Shown one piece after another: positions 25,395-33,931 of a stretch of 64,000 bases of DNA (positions within the stretch are counted from its first letter, which is position 1; each line of letters opens with the position of its first letter). Both the position numbers and the translations under genes were made by a program. The notes below the pieces were generated by a model, which was not told the DNA's origin, did no database searches, and worked only from the letters and a program-made list of their open reading frames with translations. The DNA is from Acidobacteriota bacterium (GTDB lineage: Bacteria > Acidobacteriota > UBA6911 > RPQK01 > JADFOI01): the NCBI GenBank assembly GCA_963663035.1, contig OY760074.1:2109570-2173569 (forward strand), given 5' to 3'.

Positions 25395-27033
25395 CCGCAA
25401 TTATTCATAAGTTTGGGGTGAGTGTCGATTTTCTGCGGAAGTTCAGGGCTGAGAGTGTGTTCAGGTGCGATTACAAGGCGTCCAAGCTTGTTGAGCCGAA
25501 TAGAGATGAAGCGAGAGCCCCTTCCGGAAACAGCTCGGCCCGCAGGGGGCTGTATATCTGTGTTGGCGCAGGGAGTCAGGGGACCGTCAGGTGGGACACA
25601 GACGGTGCATCAGTAATGCGAAGAGCTTTTGTTCGGGATAAGACGATGCCAGGTGCACCCAGATGCGACGAGAAGTTTCCCGAACCCGGGCACCGATTTT
25701 GAACAGGCGGCGGCGGAGCGTCTCAATCTCCAGGTTGTGCCAGGGAGTCCCGCACAGGTAATCCCGCAGGCGCAGGATTAAGACATAGGCCAGGGCGTGG
25801 ATGAAGAGTCGGAACTGGTTGGCCAGGAAACGGTGGCAGCTCAAGCGATCCATGGCCAGATCTTTTTTGAAAGCTTTCACGAAGTTCTCGCACTGGCCCC
25901 GTCCGATGTAGTGGTCATACAGCTGCCCGGCCGTGAGATCCTGGCGGTTGGTGACCACAAAGCGACGGTTGAACCCGCGCTCGCTCACTTCCACCTTGGC
26001 CACCATGCGCCGCTCCCGGTCCCAACTGTCGGCCTGATAGACGAGCTCGGTGAACTGGCGTTGCTTTTCTCCTGAGTCGTCATAGTCTGCTTGCACCTGC
26101 TCAACCAAGGGCTCGACGGTGGCCGCCAGCCGGGAGTTGCGGGCAAAGCCCACCACATACTGCAGTTTTTCCTCCTCACAGAACTCGTACAGTGCCGGCG
26201 TCGCAAAGCCACTGTCGGCTCGCACTTCGATCGGAACATCGGATCCCAGAACCTGGCGCATCCGGGCCACCACCCGTTTGAGAACCGCCACCGCGTGGGC
26301 GGCCGCCCCCTGGTTGCCGGGCCGCAGTAGCGCACATACCAGATCGCCCGTCTCGCCATCGAATAGCAGCAGCGGATGATACATGTGCTCGCGATAATAG
26401 CCGTGGTAAAAGCTGAACTCCTGCTGCCCATGCGTGACGTCATCCGTGCTGTCGATGTCCAGGATGATCTTCTCGGGCCGGCTCTTCTTGCGGTGCTTCA
26501 AGTAGGTCTCCAGCAGCCACTGTCCCAGGCGAGTGAGATCCTTCGAGTCCACCGAGTTCTCCAGTCGCGACAGCGTGGGTTGAGAAGCCAGATCCGGATC
26601 GCTTTCCGGCAGCCGATCACACACGGTCTTGAAGATGGGATCCGAGCGCAAGCTGTCGGCATCGTTGCAGTCCTCATAGCCGGCCACGATCTGAAAGCTG
26701 CGCTGGGTGAGCAGTTCGCGAATCTGGTGGCGGACGTAGCGGCTATCTCGAGCGTCCTTCAGGCAGGAGGCAAAGCCAGCCGTCAGTCCGTGCTGTTGAT
26801 CCAGGGCGTACAGACACAGCAGCCCGGCATCGGAGGAGAGCCGGCCTCCATCGAATCGAGCCACCACTTTTCTGTCAGGGTGAGATGGCAAGTTGATCTG
26901 GCAGACTGATGCATCGCTGGGCCGTACCTTTTTGGTTTGGAGTTGTTTCATAACCCCTTTTATATCAAAGAGGTACGGCATCTTTTTGTGCCCTCGATCA
27001 GACCCCTTCTTCAGAATTTATGAATAATCCGGG
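25395..27033 (-). mobile_element. IS1380-family insertion sequence (1639 bp) with 4-bp CTAG target-site duplication
   Basis: Inverted repeats CCGCAATTATTCATAA (25395-) and TTATGAATAATCCGGG (-27033). CTAG at 25391-25394 and at 27034-27037. One intact transposase ORF. Confidence 0.8.
25587..26981 (-). CDS. IS1380-family DDE transposase
   Basis: 464 aa. VARFDGGRLSSDAGLL N-terminal block, ILDIDSTDD, HGYY, RADSGF and a C-terminal KIGARV pattern, all typical of IS1380-family transposases. Confidence 0.8.
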   Translation of the reverse strand: MPYLFDIKGVMKQLQTKKVRPSDASVCQINLPSHPDRKVVARFDGGRLSSDAGLLCLYALDQQHGLTAGFASCLKDARDSRYVRHQIRELLTQRSFQIVAGYEDCNDADSLRSDPIFKTVCDRLPESDPDLASQPTLSRLENSVDSKDLTRLGQWLLETYLKHRKKSRPEKIILDIDSTDDVTHGQQEFSFYHGYYREHMYHPLLLFDGETGDLVCALLRPGNQGAAAHAVAVLKRVVARMRQVLGSDVPIEVRADSGFATPALYEFCEEEKLQYVVGFARNSRLAATVEPLVEQVQADYDDSGEKQRQFTELVYQADSWDRERRMVAKVEVSERGFNRRFVVTNRQDLTAGQLYDHYIGRGQCENFVKAFKKDLAMDRLSCHRFLANQFRLFIHALAYVLILRLRDYLCGTPWHNLEIETLRRRLFKIGARVRETSRRIWVHLASSYPEQKLFALLMHRLCPT

Positions 27034-27075
27034 CTAGCGTTTGGTCACAGCTCAAATTTAATGAAGGAGACAACC

Positions 27076-27627
27076 ATGAATACTTTACAACGACTATCTG
27101 TTTTCCCAGTGCTCTTACTCTGCCTGCTTGTGACGGGCTGCACCGAAACCCAAGCCAGCGACCCGGAACTCATCGCCGAAGCTGAGAGCGCTGCTCCAGA
27201 ATCTGTGACAAAGAACGCCACCATCAAGACGGCGGAAGGCAGAGTGCTGAGGGAGGGATCGAACAGCTGGACCTGCTACCCTGGTTCGGGGACCATTGGC
27301 CCCATGTGCAACGAGTCTCAGTGGGACGATCTCATCGGAGCCGTTATGACCAAGGCACCTATAGACGTTCAGAAGTTCAGCCTGTCCTATATGATGGCTG
27401 GCGAGGGAGAGGCCCTTGGCGCCAGTAACGTAGATCCCTTCGCTCCCGAGCCCACGGACGACAACCAGTGGGTCAAGGAAGGGCCGCACCTGATGATCCT
27501 GGTGCCGGATCAAGCGATACTCGAGGGGATGTCTACTGACCCGGCGGATCCTGTCTATGTGATGTGGAAGAGCACCCCCTACGCCCACATAATGGTGAAG
27601 GTCGGAGAAGAAGAGCAGACCAGGTAA
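27076..27627 (+). CDS. lipoprotein, function unknown
   Basis: Signal peptide with lipobox LLVTGC. ATG at 27076 is preceded by AAGGAGA; the track start at 27061 supplies that RBS. Confidence 0.7.
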   Translation: MNTLQRLSVFPVLLLCLLVTGCTETQASDPELIAEAESAAPESVTKNATIKTAEGRVLREGSNSWTCYPGSGTIGPMCNESQWDDLIGAVMTKAPIDVQKFSLSYMMAGEGEALGASNVDPFAPEPTDDNQWVKEGPHLMILVPDQAILEGMSTDPADPVYVMWKSTPYAHIMVKVGEEEQTR

Positions 27628-27674
27628 CGGGACCATCACCTGATCTCTTGGGCAAGGCCAAGATTTTCCCCTGG

Positions 27675-27702
27675 CGGTCAGCTGTCAGGGGTCAGCGGTT
27701 AG
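27675..27702 (-). repeat. four tandem CTGACNN-type heptamers (minus strand) at the stop of the kinase relic
   Basis: Minus strand reads CTAACCG CTGACCC CTGACAG CTGACCG. TGA occurs in all three frames. Confidence 0.8.
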
Positions 27703-27928
27703 TGGGCTCCAGATTCATCCGCCGCAGCAAGTCAGTGAAGCGAGGGTCGTCGCGGAGGGGGTCCCAGTAAGCCGCTACGCAAGGATAACTTATAATACTG
27801 TCGTGCCTCGTAGGCTTTCTCTAACCACTCGAAGGCAGGAATTTCAGCACTCCATTGCGGCCTGGCCTGGTGTCCTCAGCCTTGTAGACCACACCCATCC
27901 CTCCACGACCCAATTTCTCTGTGATTCG
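27692..27928 (-). pseudogene. relic of a Ser/Thr protein kinase gene (N-terminal and C-terminal fragments only)
   Basis: Minus-strand translations: [24 protein letters not shown] (glycine loop and Lys region) ending in a stop at 27821-27823; then YWDPLRDDPRFTDLLRRMNLEPTNR-stop in another frame. The catalytic core is absent. Confidence 0.7.
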
Positions 27929-27985
27929 GGGAAGTCACCGGTGGCTTCCCCTATTTATCCTGGTTAAGGTAGACTTTGACTTTAG

Positions 27986-28057
27986 GCCGGCGTAGCTCAA
28001 CGGTAGAGCGACGCATTCGTAATGCGTAGGTTAGGGGTTCAATTCCCTTCGCCGGCT
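27986..28057 (+). tRNA. tRNA-Thr (anticodon CGU)
   Basis: Hand-folded. Acceptor GCCGGCG/CGCCGGC, D-arm GCTCAACGGTAGAGC, anticodon stem ACGCA/TGCGT with loop TTCGTAA, T-loop TTCAATT. Confidence 0.85.
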
Positions 28058-28145
28058 CCGGTGTCTGCAATGGGTGAGCTGCATCTGTCCTGGATCTGAA
28101 AACGGCCTTTAGATCCGTGTCAACTCGCAGGGGAAGGATTGTCTG

Positions 28146-28499
28146 TTGAATAAGGAACAAAGGGAAGATACGCGGATTGAAGTACAAATGACGGGAGAGG
28201 CTATTCTTAACATCCAGGGAAAAGAATCCAAACAGGGAAAAGAATCCAAAATGGCCGTGAGGGCTAAGAATATTAGTGCATGGGGTGCCTTCTGCCTGAC
28301 AGATAGTCGCCCCAGTTCCGGTGACGAGGTCGAGTTACAGCTCGGCTGGGCCCCTGAAGACAAGCAGGCACAAATAATGTTTAAGGCTAACGGAACCATT
28401 GTCCGGGTCGAGGTGCTGCCAGGAGAGGGGTACGGCTTTGCCGTTGAATTCGCCGACATTCCGATTCTTGAGGGAGAATCTGACCTCCCATTCGCCTAG
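28146..28499 (+). CDS. stand-alone PilZ-domain protein (117 aa)
   Basis: REDTR (RxxxR) and NISAWG (NxSxxG) motifs. TTG start preceded by GGAAGGA. Confidence 0.65.
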   Translation: MNKEQREDTRIEVQMTGEAILNIQGKESKQGKESKMAVRAKNISAWGAFCLTDSRPSSGDEVELQLGWAPEDKQAQIMFKANGTIVRVEVLPGEGYGFAVEFADIPILEGESDLPFA

Positions 28500-28545
28500 C
28501 CGGGGAGTGAAGGGATCTGACCCTGAAGGAGCAGTTTCCTCGCCC

Positions 28546-28989
28546 TTACAACCCTTCGGATTGGGCCAACTCTTTCCTCTCCTCCCGAATAGCCTGGCAG
28601 GCATCCTTGATTGAGTTCCCCAAGCTACGGGTCGAGCCGCTGAAAATAGCATCACCTTCTTCATTGAAAACGGCTACTTTGTTGTCCTTTCGAGCGATAC
28701 CCTTGCCGCCTTCGTGGTCCAGAAGTATGACGTAATTGGCTTTTTCCTTCCGAATGGTCACTGTCAGTTCCGGGCAGCGCTCGTTGAAGGTCTTGATGAT
28801 CTCAGCTGTTTGAGGCCGAGCTCCTCCACGAGTGGACCCGCCACCACTTCCATCATTGCCATAGAAGCCTCCGCTCACCGCCCACGAATCACTGTCGGTG
28901 ACATAGATTCGAATCTTTTCATCCGCCCCATACACTGCCACGTTCAAGCCGAGTAAAAGAGCAATGAGTGGCAGACAGTATTTGTTCAT
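28546..28989 (-). CDS. secreted hypothetical protein with Gly-rich loop
   Basis: Signal peptide MNKYCLPLIALLLGLNVAVYG. ATG at 28989 is preceded by GGAGGTGA. Confidence 0.65.
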   Translation of the reverse strand: MNKYCLPLIALLLGLNVAVYGADEKIRIYVTDSDSWAVSGGFYGNDGSGGGSTRGGARPQTAEIIKTFNERCPELTVTIRKEKANYVILLDHEGGKGIARKDNKVAVFNEEGDAIFSGSTRSLGNSIKDACQAIREERKELAQSEGL

Positions 28990-29058
28990 GATCTTCACCT
29001 CCAACTATTTTCATGTTACCAAGAAAGCCCCGGATCCTGTGATGAGACCCTGGCCACT

Positions 29059-29076
29059 GGCCGGGATTATTCATTA
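29059..29076. repeat. solo IS1380/MITE-A-type terminal repeat
   Basis: GGCCGGGATTATTCATTA closely matches the IS left end CCGCAATTATTCATAA. I saw no partner end nearby. Confidence 0.5.
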
Positions 29077-29150
29077 GTCTGCGCCTGGGCTGAGCGCCTC
29101 AGGGTTGAAGATAGGGTGCACAGGGCGTTACTCTGTCTTTAGGATGGAAA

Positions 29151-29825
29151 ATGAGTGAAAAGGGTACTCGAAACCTCAACCATTACTTGAAAGCCGGTTT
29201 GGCATTATCTATTCAAGAAAAGTCAAGGGAGGCCCTCGCGGCCACTGTTTCAACAGTCTCCCCAAGGAGCCTCTCCCTGGAGCTCTCGGGACCCCTCTCG
29301 GAAACCCCCTTCCAAAGCGGGGAGCGAGTTTGGATCAAATACTGGGATGAAGGGTCCGTTGTCTATCGCTGGGAGGCACAGATTGTCAAGATCCACGGTC
29401 CCGGAAATCGAAAGGTGAACCTTTCGATCACCAGGCAGAAAGTCACAGCACAGCGGAGGAAGTCCTACAGAGTCCGTGTGCAAGTCTCCTTGTCTGGCAC
29501 CGTGATTGACGCCGACGACAGTGAACTCATCGGCACCAAGGTTGTTGACTGCAAGACCAAAAATGTCAGCGTGGCCGGTCTGGCCTTTGACACCAAGCTT
29601 CCACTTCAAGTGGGGGACAAATTGGAGCTGAACCTTGAGTTGCCCTCCTCAGAAAAGTTGAATGCCGTGGGATGGGTTGTGCGCTCGGATCCAGCCAAAC
29701 AAAAGGAATACAGGGGCACCATGATTGTGAGAGATATCTACTCCATTGCAGTGGAGTTCCTTCAGCCGGAACCGAAGGAGCAGAGTCAACTCCTGCACTT
29801 CTTACGATCCCAGATGAGCCCGTAA
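29151..29825 (+). CDS. PilZ-domain protein (paralog 3 of 3)
   Basis: RKSYR and NVSVAG motifs. KYWDEGSVVYRWEAQIVKIHGP closely parallels the 7315 gene. Confidence 0.8.
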   Translation: MSEKGTRNLNHYLKAGLALSIQEKSREALAATVSTVSPRSLSLELSGPLSETPFQSGERVWIKYWDEGSVVYRWEAQIVKIHGPGNRKVNLSITRQKVTAQRRKSYRVRVQVSLSGTVIDADDSELIGTKVVDCKTKNVSVAGLAFDTKLPLQVGDKLELNLELPSSEKLNAVGWVVRSDPAKQKEYRGTMIVRDIYSIAVEFLQPEPKEQSQLLHFLRSQMSP

Positions 29826-29837
29826 AAGTATCCGCAG

Positions 29838-30043
29838 CCGGAATGATGCATAGGTTGTCGTGACGAAGTGCTGCAGGCGCCACGATGACAAGGCGTGTGA
29901 GGGGTACCCGCCACGGGTCGGGCCCCGCAGGCGTACTCTTGCAGTACGCCGAGGAGCCCAAGGGGTACCCGCTTGCGGGTCGCACAACGCAGTCAGCGTG
30001 GATGATTGCGGCACTGCAGTAGACAATTTATGCATAATCCCGG
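29838..30043. mobile_element. MITE family A, copy 3 (206 bp, carries an extra internal module of about 60 bp)
   Basis: Ends CCGGAATGATGCATAGG / TTTATGCATAATCCCGG, flanked by GCAG and CTAG. The inserted module contains the hairpin GGCGTACT-CTTGC-AGTACGCC. Confidence 0.8.
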
Positions 30044-30097
30044 CTAGCTTGTGCTATGATCACCGCGACTAGTGAACCCAAACAAGGAGGGAGAGCC

Positions 30098-30595
30098 GTG
30101 AGGAAAATCGGAGTTTTTGTATTGGTCCTGGTGGGAGCGAGTGTTCTGATGGCCCACCCCCACTTTAACAAGAAGGTGATCGCTCAGCTGCCGGGAGGAG
30201 TCGAAGCCACCATCTCTTACCAGACTGTTCCAGCCAATGAACAGCATACCCAAGGCGCTGCTGTGGGAAGCTTTCTCACACCACGTTCACCCGGTTTGAA
30301 CTTGTCTGGGGAACTGACAGTGGGATCGCTAACAATCCCGGCCGGTGACTACCTCATCGGTGTCATAAAAAACGGTGCAGAGGACTGGACTCTGGCACTC
30401 TACCCCGGGCAGATAGGTCGGGGAGAGACTCCCGACAGTTCCCGGTTCATCAAGCTGGACTCCATGTTTCACAGAACCAGTGACCCCATCGAGCACCTAA
30501 CGATTGACATTACCCCGGGTCACGGCAGGTTGGAGGGAAAAGCAGTTTTAATGATCAACTTTGGCACTTTGACTCTCCAGGGTGGTCTGAGCTAG
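30098..30595 (+). CDS. secreted protein, DUF2911-like (tentative)
   Basis: GTG at 30098 preceded by AAGGAGGG. Signal peptide, then G..TIPAGDYLIGVIKNGAEDWTLALYPG, which resembles the DUF2911 pattern. Confidence 0.55.
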   Translation: MRKIGVFVLVLVGASVLMAHPHFNKKVIAQLPGGVEATISYQTVPANEQHTQGAAVGSFLTPRSPGLNLSGELTVGSLTIPAGDYLIGVIKNGAEDWTLALYPGQIGRGETPDSSRFIKLDSMFHRTSDPIEHLTIDITPGHGRLEGKAVLMINFGTLTLQGGLS

Positions 30596-30597
30596 AA

Positions 30598-30614
30598 GCC
30601 CCCGCATTTCTCAC
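30598..30614. repeat. solo MITE-B-type terminal repeat
   Basis: GCCCCCGCATTTCTCAC matches the family B end GCCCGCATTTCTCAC. It sits 3 nt after the TAG stop of the upstream gene. Confidence 0.5.
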
Positions 30615-30622
30615 GCCGGGCG

Positions 30623-31405
30623 GTGAGTTATTGTGCTTTGAATCCGATGGTCTTGGTTGACTTTTCAAAGCGAAGTCACGAGCCGGAGATCATCGACGCT
30701 CCCCATCTCCTCAGCTCTTCCGAGTGGCTAGTTATTCTACGAGAACTCCGGATGGTCAACCGCTGGCTAGGTGGATCGAGAGCGGCTTTGCAAGAAGTCA
30801 AACCTCTCATTCAAGGAATCGCTGGGCGGGAGGCGGAACAGAGAGCGGTCGAAATCGTCGACTTTGGCAGTGGCTCGGCAGATATCCCGATAGCCCTGGT
30901 GAACTGGGCCAGGAGAAAGGGACACTCCATTCGCGTGCTGTCCGTTGACTTGGACCCCACGGTGTGCGAAATCGCCCGCCGTCAGACCCTTACCTATCCC
31001 GAGATCACGATCCTTCAAGGTGATGTGCGCAAACCTCACCTCAGGGAGAATGGTTGTGATCTCCTTTTCTGTTCGGCTTTTTTACATCATTTCACCAATG
31101 CGGAGATAGCTGGCATACTCAGGACGCTTCTCCCCAAAACCCGACAGGGGATTGTCATTAGCGATCTTCATCGGCATCCCGTTGCATACTTTAGTATTCG
31201 TCTTTTGACCTCTCTTTTTTCACGCTCACGAGCGGTACGCAATGACGGCCCTCTTTCGGTGTTGAAAGGATTCCGGCGGCCTGATATCCGGACCATTCTG
31301 GACACTGCAGGTATCCACCAAGCCAGAGTGAGGTGGCGTTGGGCATTTCGGTATGTTGTTTTCATCCCGGCAACTCCTTCTTGCCACCCTAGCTTGGTAG
31401 GATGA
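30623..31405 (+). CDS. class I SAM-dependent methyltransferase
   Basis: Motif I IVDFGSGSADI, acidic loop LSVDLD, and FCSAFLHHF. Confidence 0.75.
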   Translation: MSYCALNPMVLVDFSKRSHEPEIIDAPHLLSSSEWLVILRELRMVNRWLGGSRAALQEVKPLIQGIAGREAEQRAVEIVDFGSGSADIPIALVNWARRKGHSIRVLSVDLDPTVCEIARRQTLTYPEITILQGDVRKPHLRENGCDLLFCSAFLHHFTNAEIAGILRTLLPKTRQGIVISDLHRHPVAYFSIRLLTSLFSRSRAVRNDGPLSVLKGFRRPDIRTILDTAGIHQARVRWRWAFRYVVFIPATPSCHPSLVG

Positions 31406-31412
31406 TCCATTG

Positions 31413-32762
31413 ATGAAAAAGCTGCTCATGGGTATCTCATCTTTGCTGGTCATCTTTCTCTTATACAGCTCGTGGAACTGGGACAGCTCGCCTCCAACGG
31501 TTCAATGGCTTGAGGCTCCTTCGACGGTAGGAATAGACAGCAGTATCATCCTGGAATTCCAGGATGAGGGAAAAGGTCTGCAATCCATTGAGGTGGCCCT
31601 GGTGAGTGGTGAGAGGCGCCGCATCGTGGTGTCCGAAACCTATGAAGCCTCCTTCTCCTGGCAACAAGGGATCACCCAGCGCTCTATCGCTCTCTCGCCT
31701 GGCACCTCGTTTGAGAAAGGTTCGCTTTCTGAAGGGACGTTTTGGCTGGAAGTGAGACTTCGCGATCAACCCAATCTTTGGTTGTGGGAGCACGACTTTT
31801 CCGAACGGCGGGCCTTTGACCTGGACCTTACCCCACCTCAACTCCAGACACTTTCCAGCCAGCACTACATTCGTCAGGGAGGCTCAGAAGCAATCATTTA
31901 TCGTGTCTCGGAGGACACGGTGGCCTCGGGAGTGCAAGTGGGAGAAAATGTTTTTGTTGGCTACCCGTTGCCGGAAAGGGGAAGAGGAGCCTATATCTGC
32001 CTTTTTGCGCTGTCCCACGACCAACCACCTGAAACCACCATGTTGGTCTGGGCACAGGACGGGGCCGGCAATCGGAATGAGATCTCTTTTTGGAAAAGGG
32101 CGTTCCCGGTGCGTTTTCGAAGTCGGGACATCCGGTTGTCGGATTCGCTGATCAATGCAGTTGTGCCCGAGATTCTAGCCCACCAGACGGATATCACTCA
32201 GGGAGAGAGCGTTCTTGAAAGTTTTCTCGAGATCAATGGTCCTCTGCGAAAGGTGAACCATCGTCAGATTGAGGAACTCAGCCGCCAATCCGTGGGCCGT
32301 TTATTGTGGAGTGGGGCTTTCCTGCAATTGAGCAATTCCCAAGTCGAATCTGCATTCGCAGACCACCGCACCTACTATTACCAGGGCCAGGAGGTGGATC
32401 AGCAAACCCACCTCGGCTTTGATCTGGCCTCCGTTGCTCAGGGAGCAGTGGAGTGCGCCAATGACGGGATTGTCGTCTTTGCCGGCTATCTCGGAATTTA
32501 TGGCAATACGGTTATTGTGGATCACGGACTTGGGCTCCTTGCTCTTTACGGCCATCTCAGTAGCATTGAGGTCAAAGAGGGACAAGGGATCACAAAAGGT
32601 GCAATCTTGGGCCGCACGGGACAAACCGGTCTGGCCGCAGGAGACCATCTTCATTTCAGCATGATTTTACAGGGGGTCCAGGTCAATCCGCTGGAGTGGT
32701 GGGACGAAAACTGGCTTGACCAACATATTCTGGCCAAGCTGTCAGTCGACACTTTCGAGTAG
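31413..32762 (+). CDS. M23 family metallopeptidase (LytM domain) with N-terminal anchor
   Basis: C-terminal HLGFDLA ... GNTVIVDHGLGLLALYGHLS ... GQTGLAAGDHLHFS (HxxxD / HxH motifs). Confidence 0.85.
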   Translation: MKKLLMGISSLLVIFLLYSSWNWDSSPPTVQWLEAPSTVGIDSSIILEFQDEGKGLQSIEVALVSGERRRIVVSETYEASFSWQQGITQRSIALSPGTSFEKGSLSEGTFWLEVRLRDQPNLWLWEHDFSERRAFDLDLTPPQLQTLSSQHYIRQGGSEAIIYRVSEDTVASGVQVGENVFVGYPLPERGRGAYICLFALSHDQPPETTMLVWAQDGAGNRNEISFWKRAFPVRFRSRDIRLSDSLINAVVPEILAHQTDITQGESVLESFLEINGPLRKVNHRQIEELSRQSVGRLLWSGAFLQLSNSQVESAFADHRTYYYQGQEVDQQTHLGFDLASVAQGAVECANDGIVVFAGYLGIYGNTVIVDHGLGLLALYGHLSSIEVKEGQGITKGAILGRTGQTGLAAGDHLHFSMILQGVQVNPLEWWDENWLDQHILAKLSVDTFE

Positions 32763-32767
32763 GGAGT

Positions 32768-32968
32768 TTATTTGACCCTGTGTAAGAGACGGTGCCGCTT
32801 ACTTTCAGCCAAGCAATCTTGATGGTGGCGAATCTCTTCTAAGATTTCTTCTTTTACCTTGCCCAACCCATCGAGGTCCAACTCGATCTGCTCAAGCTCT
32901 GCTTGCAAAACGCGGATTCGGAGCTGGATTGGAAGAGCATCTTCCAAAGATAAGTGCTTTCGCTTCAT
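32768..32968 (-). CDS. small coiled-coil protein (66 aa), hypothetical
   Basis: Heptad-like LQAELEQIELDLDGL. Its ATG overlaps the stop of the VWA gene by 4 nt, which suggests coupling. Confidence 0.45.
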   Translation of the reverse strand: MKRKHLSLEDALPIQLRIRVLQAELEQIELDLDGLGKVKEEILEEIRHHQDCLAESKRHRLLHRVK

Positions 32969-33882
32969 GGATTGTCCTTAGGAGCATAATATCCTCTACG
33001 GTGGGTCACGTTCAACCTGGAGGATGCGACTCGGACTTTTATTTCTCTGAATTCACCATCACGGCTGGGGTTTGTTGAGACATAGCCGAGAGCATACTGA
33101 TTTTTAATTCCTCGATTAATTCTCACAAATGCTTCTCGGAGTTCTTTCATATCCACCTTTGAATTAAAAAATAAGCCTCCCGTGCCTTCAGCAAATTTCT
33201 TGAGTTTTCCGAAGTCAGAACGGAATCTGTCGCTCTGCACCCCAATTCCATAGACCACGACATTTTCCTGCTGGGCGATTTCAAGGGCCTCGTCATCTTC
33301 CACCATGCTGTGCGTATCTGCTCCATCCGACAGAATAACCATCACCTTTCTGCCCACTTCAGGACCAAGGAGCTCCTGTGCAGTCACCCAGATGGCGTCA
33401 TAAAGCTTGGTCTGACCACCCGCTCTGATGTTCAGGATAGCACTTTCCAAGACCGAGTAGTCGTAAGTAAAGTCTTGGACCAGGTTGATCTCGCTATCAA
33501 ACTGAACAACGGCAGCCAGATCCTTGTTTTTCCTCAGAGTCTGGCTCAGAAATTCGCTGGCGGCACGCTGTTCGAATTCCAGCTTATCCTTGACACTTCC
33601 ACTGGTGTCAAGCAAGAGGACGAGCGTCAGGGGTTGGGCGCTATCACCCGACTCATTGTTGAAGAAATCGATTTTTTGACTGACTCCGTCCTCGAACACT
33701 TCGAACTCTTCTTGACTGAGATCAGTGATGTAGTTGCCTCGGCTATCTCGAACCATGCACAAAACATTGACGACATCCACCGCGGTTCGAATGACAGGTA
33801 CGTCCTCGCTCCTGCTTTGAGGCCAGGCGCTCAAGACAGAAGCTACCAGGATGATGAGCCAGACAAAGACGGTTCGCCTCAT
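32965..33882 (-). CDS. von Willebrand factor A domain protein (secreted)
   Basis: Signal peptide MRRTVFVWLIILVASVLSA, MIDAS motif LLLDTSGS, and downstream ILSDGADT. Confidence 0.8.
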   Translation of the reverse strand: MRRTVFVWLIILVASVLSAWPQSRSEDVPVIRTAVDVVNVLCMVRDSRGNYITDLSQEEFEVFEDGVSQKIDFFNNESGDSAQPLTLVLLLDTSGSVKDKLEFEQRAASEFLSQTLRKNKDLAAVVQFDSEINLVQDFTYDYSVLESAILNIRAGGQTKLYDAIWVTAQELLGPEVGRKVMVILSDGADTHSMVEDDEALEIAQQENVVVYGIGVQSDRFRSDFGKLKKFAEGTGGLFFNSKVDMKELREAFVRINRGIKNQYALGYVSTNPSRDGEFREIKVRVASSRLNVTHRRGYYAPKDNP

Positions 33883-33931
33883 TCGTCTTAGCTTACCTAA
33901 AGAACAGCAGCTCGGACAAGCGACTAGAAAA

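Noticed and set aside
29802-30035. 77-aa ORF MHKLSTAVPQSSTLTALCDPQ..., near-identical to the start of ORF 14350-15207
   Set aside because: The shared peptide is encoded entirely within MITE-A copies. The frame is not kept in copies 1 and 4, so this is repeat-derived, not a conserved small protein.
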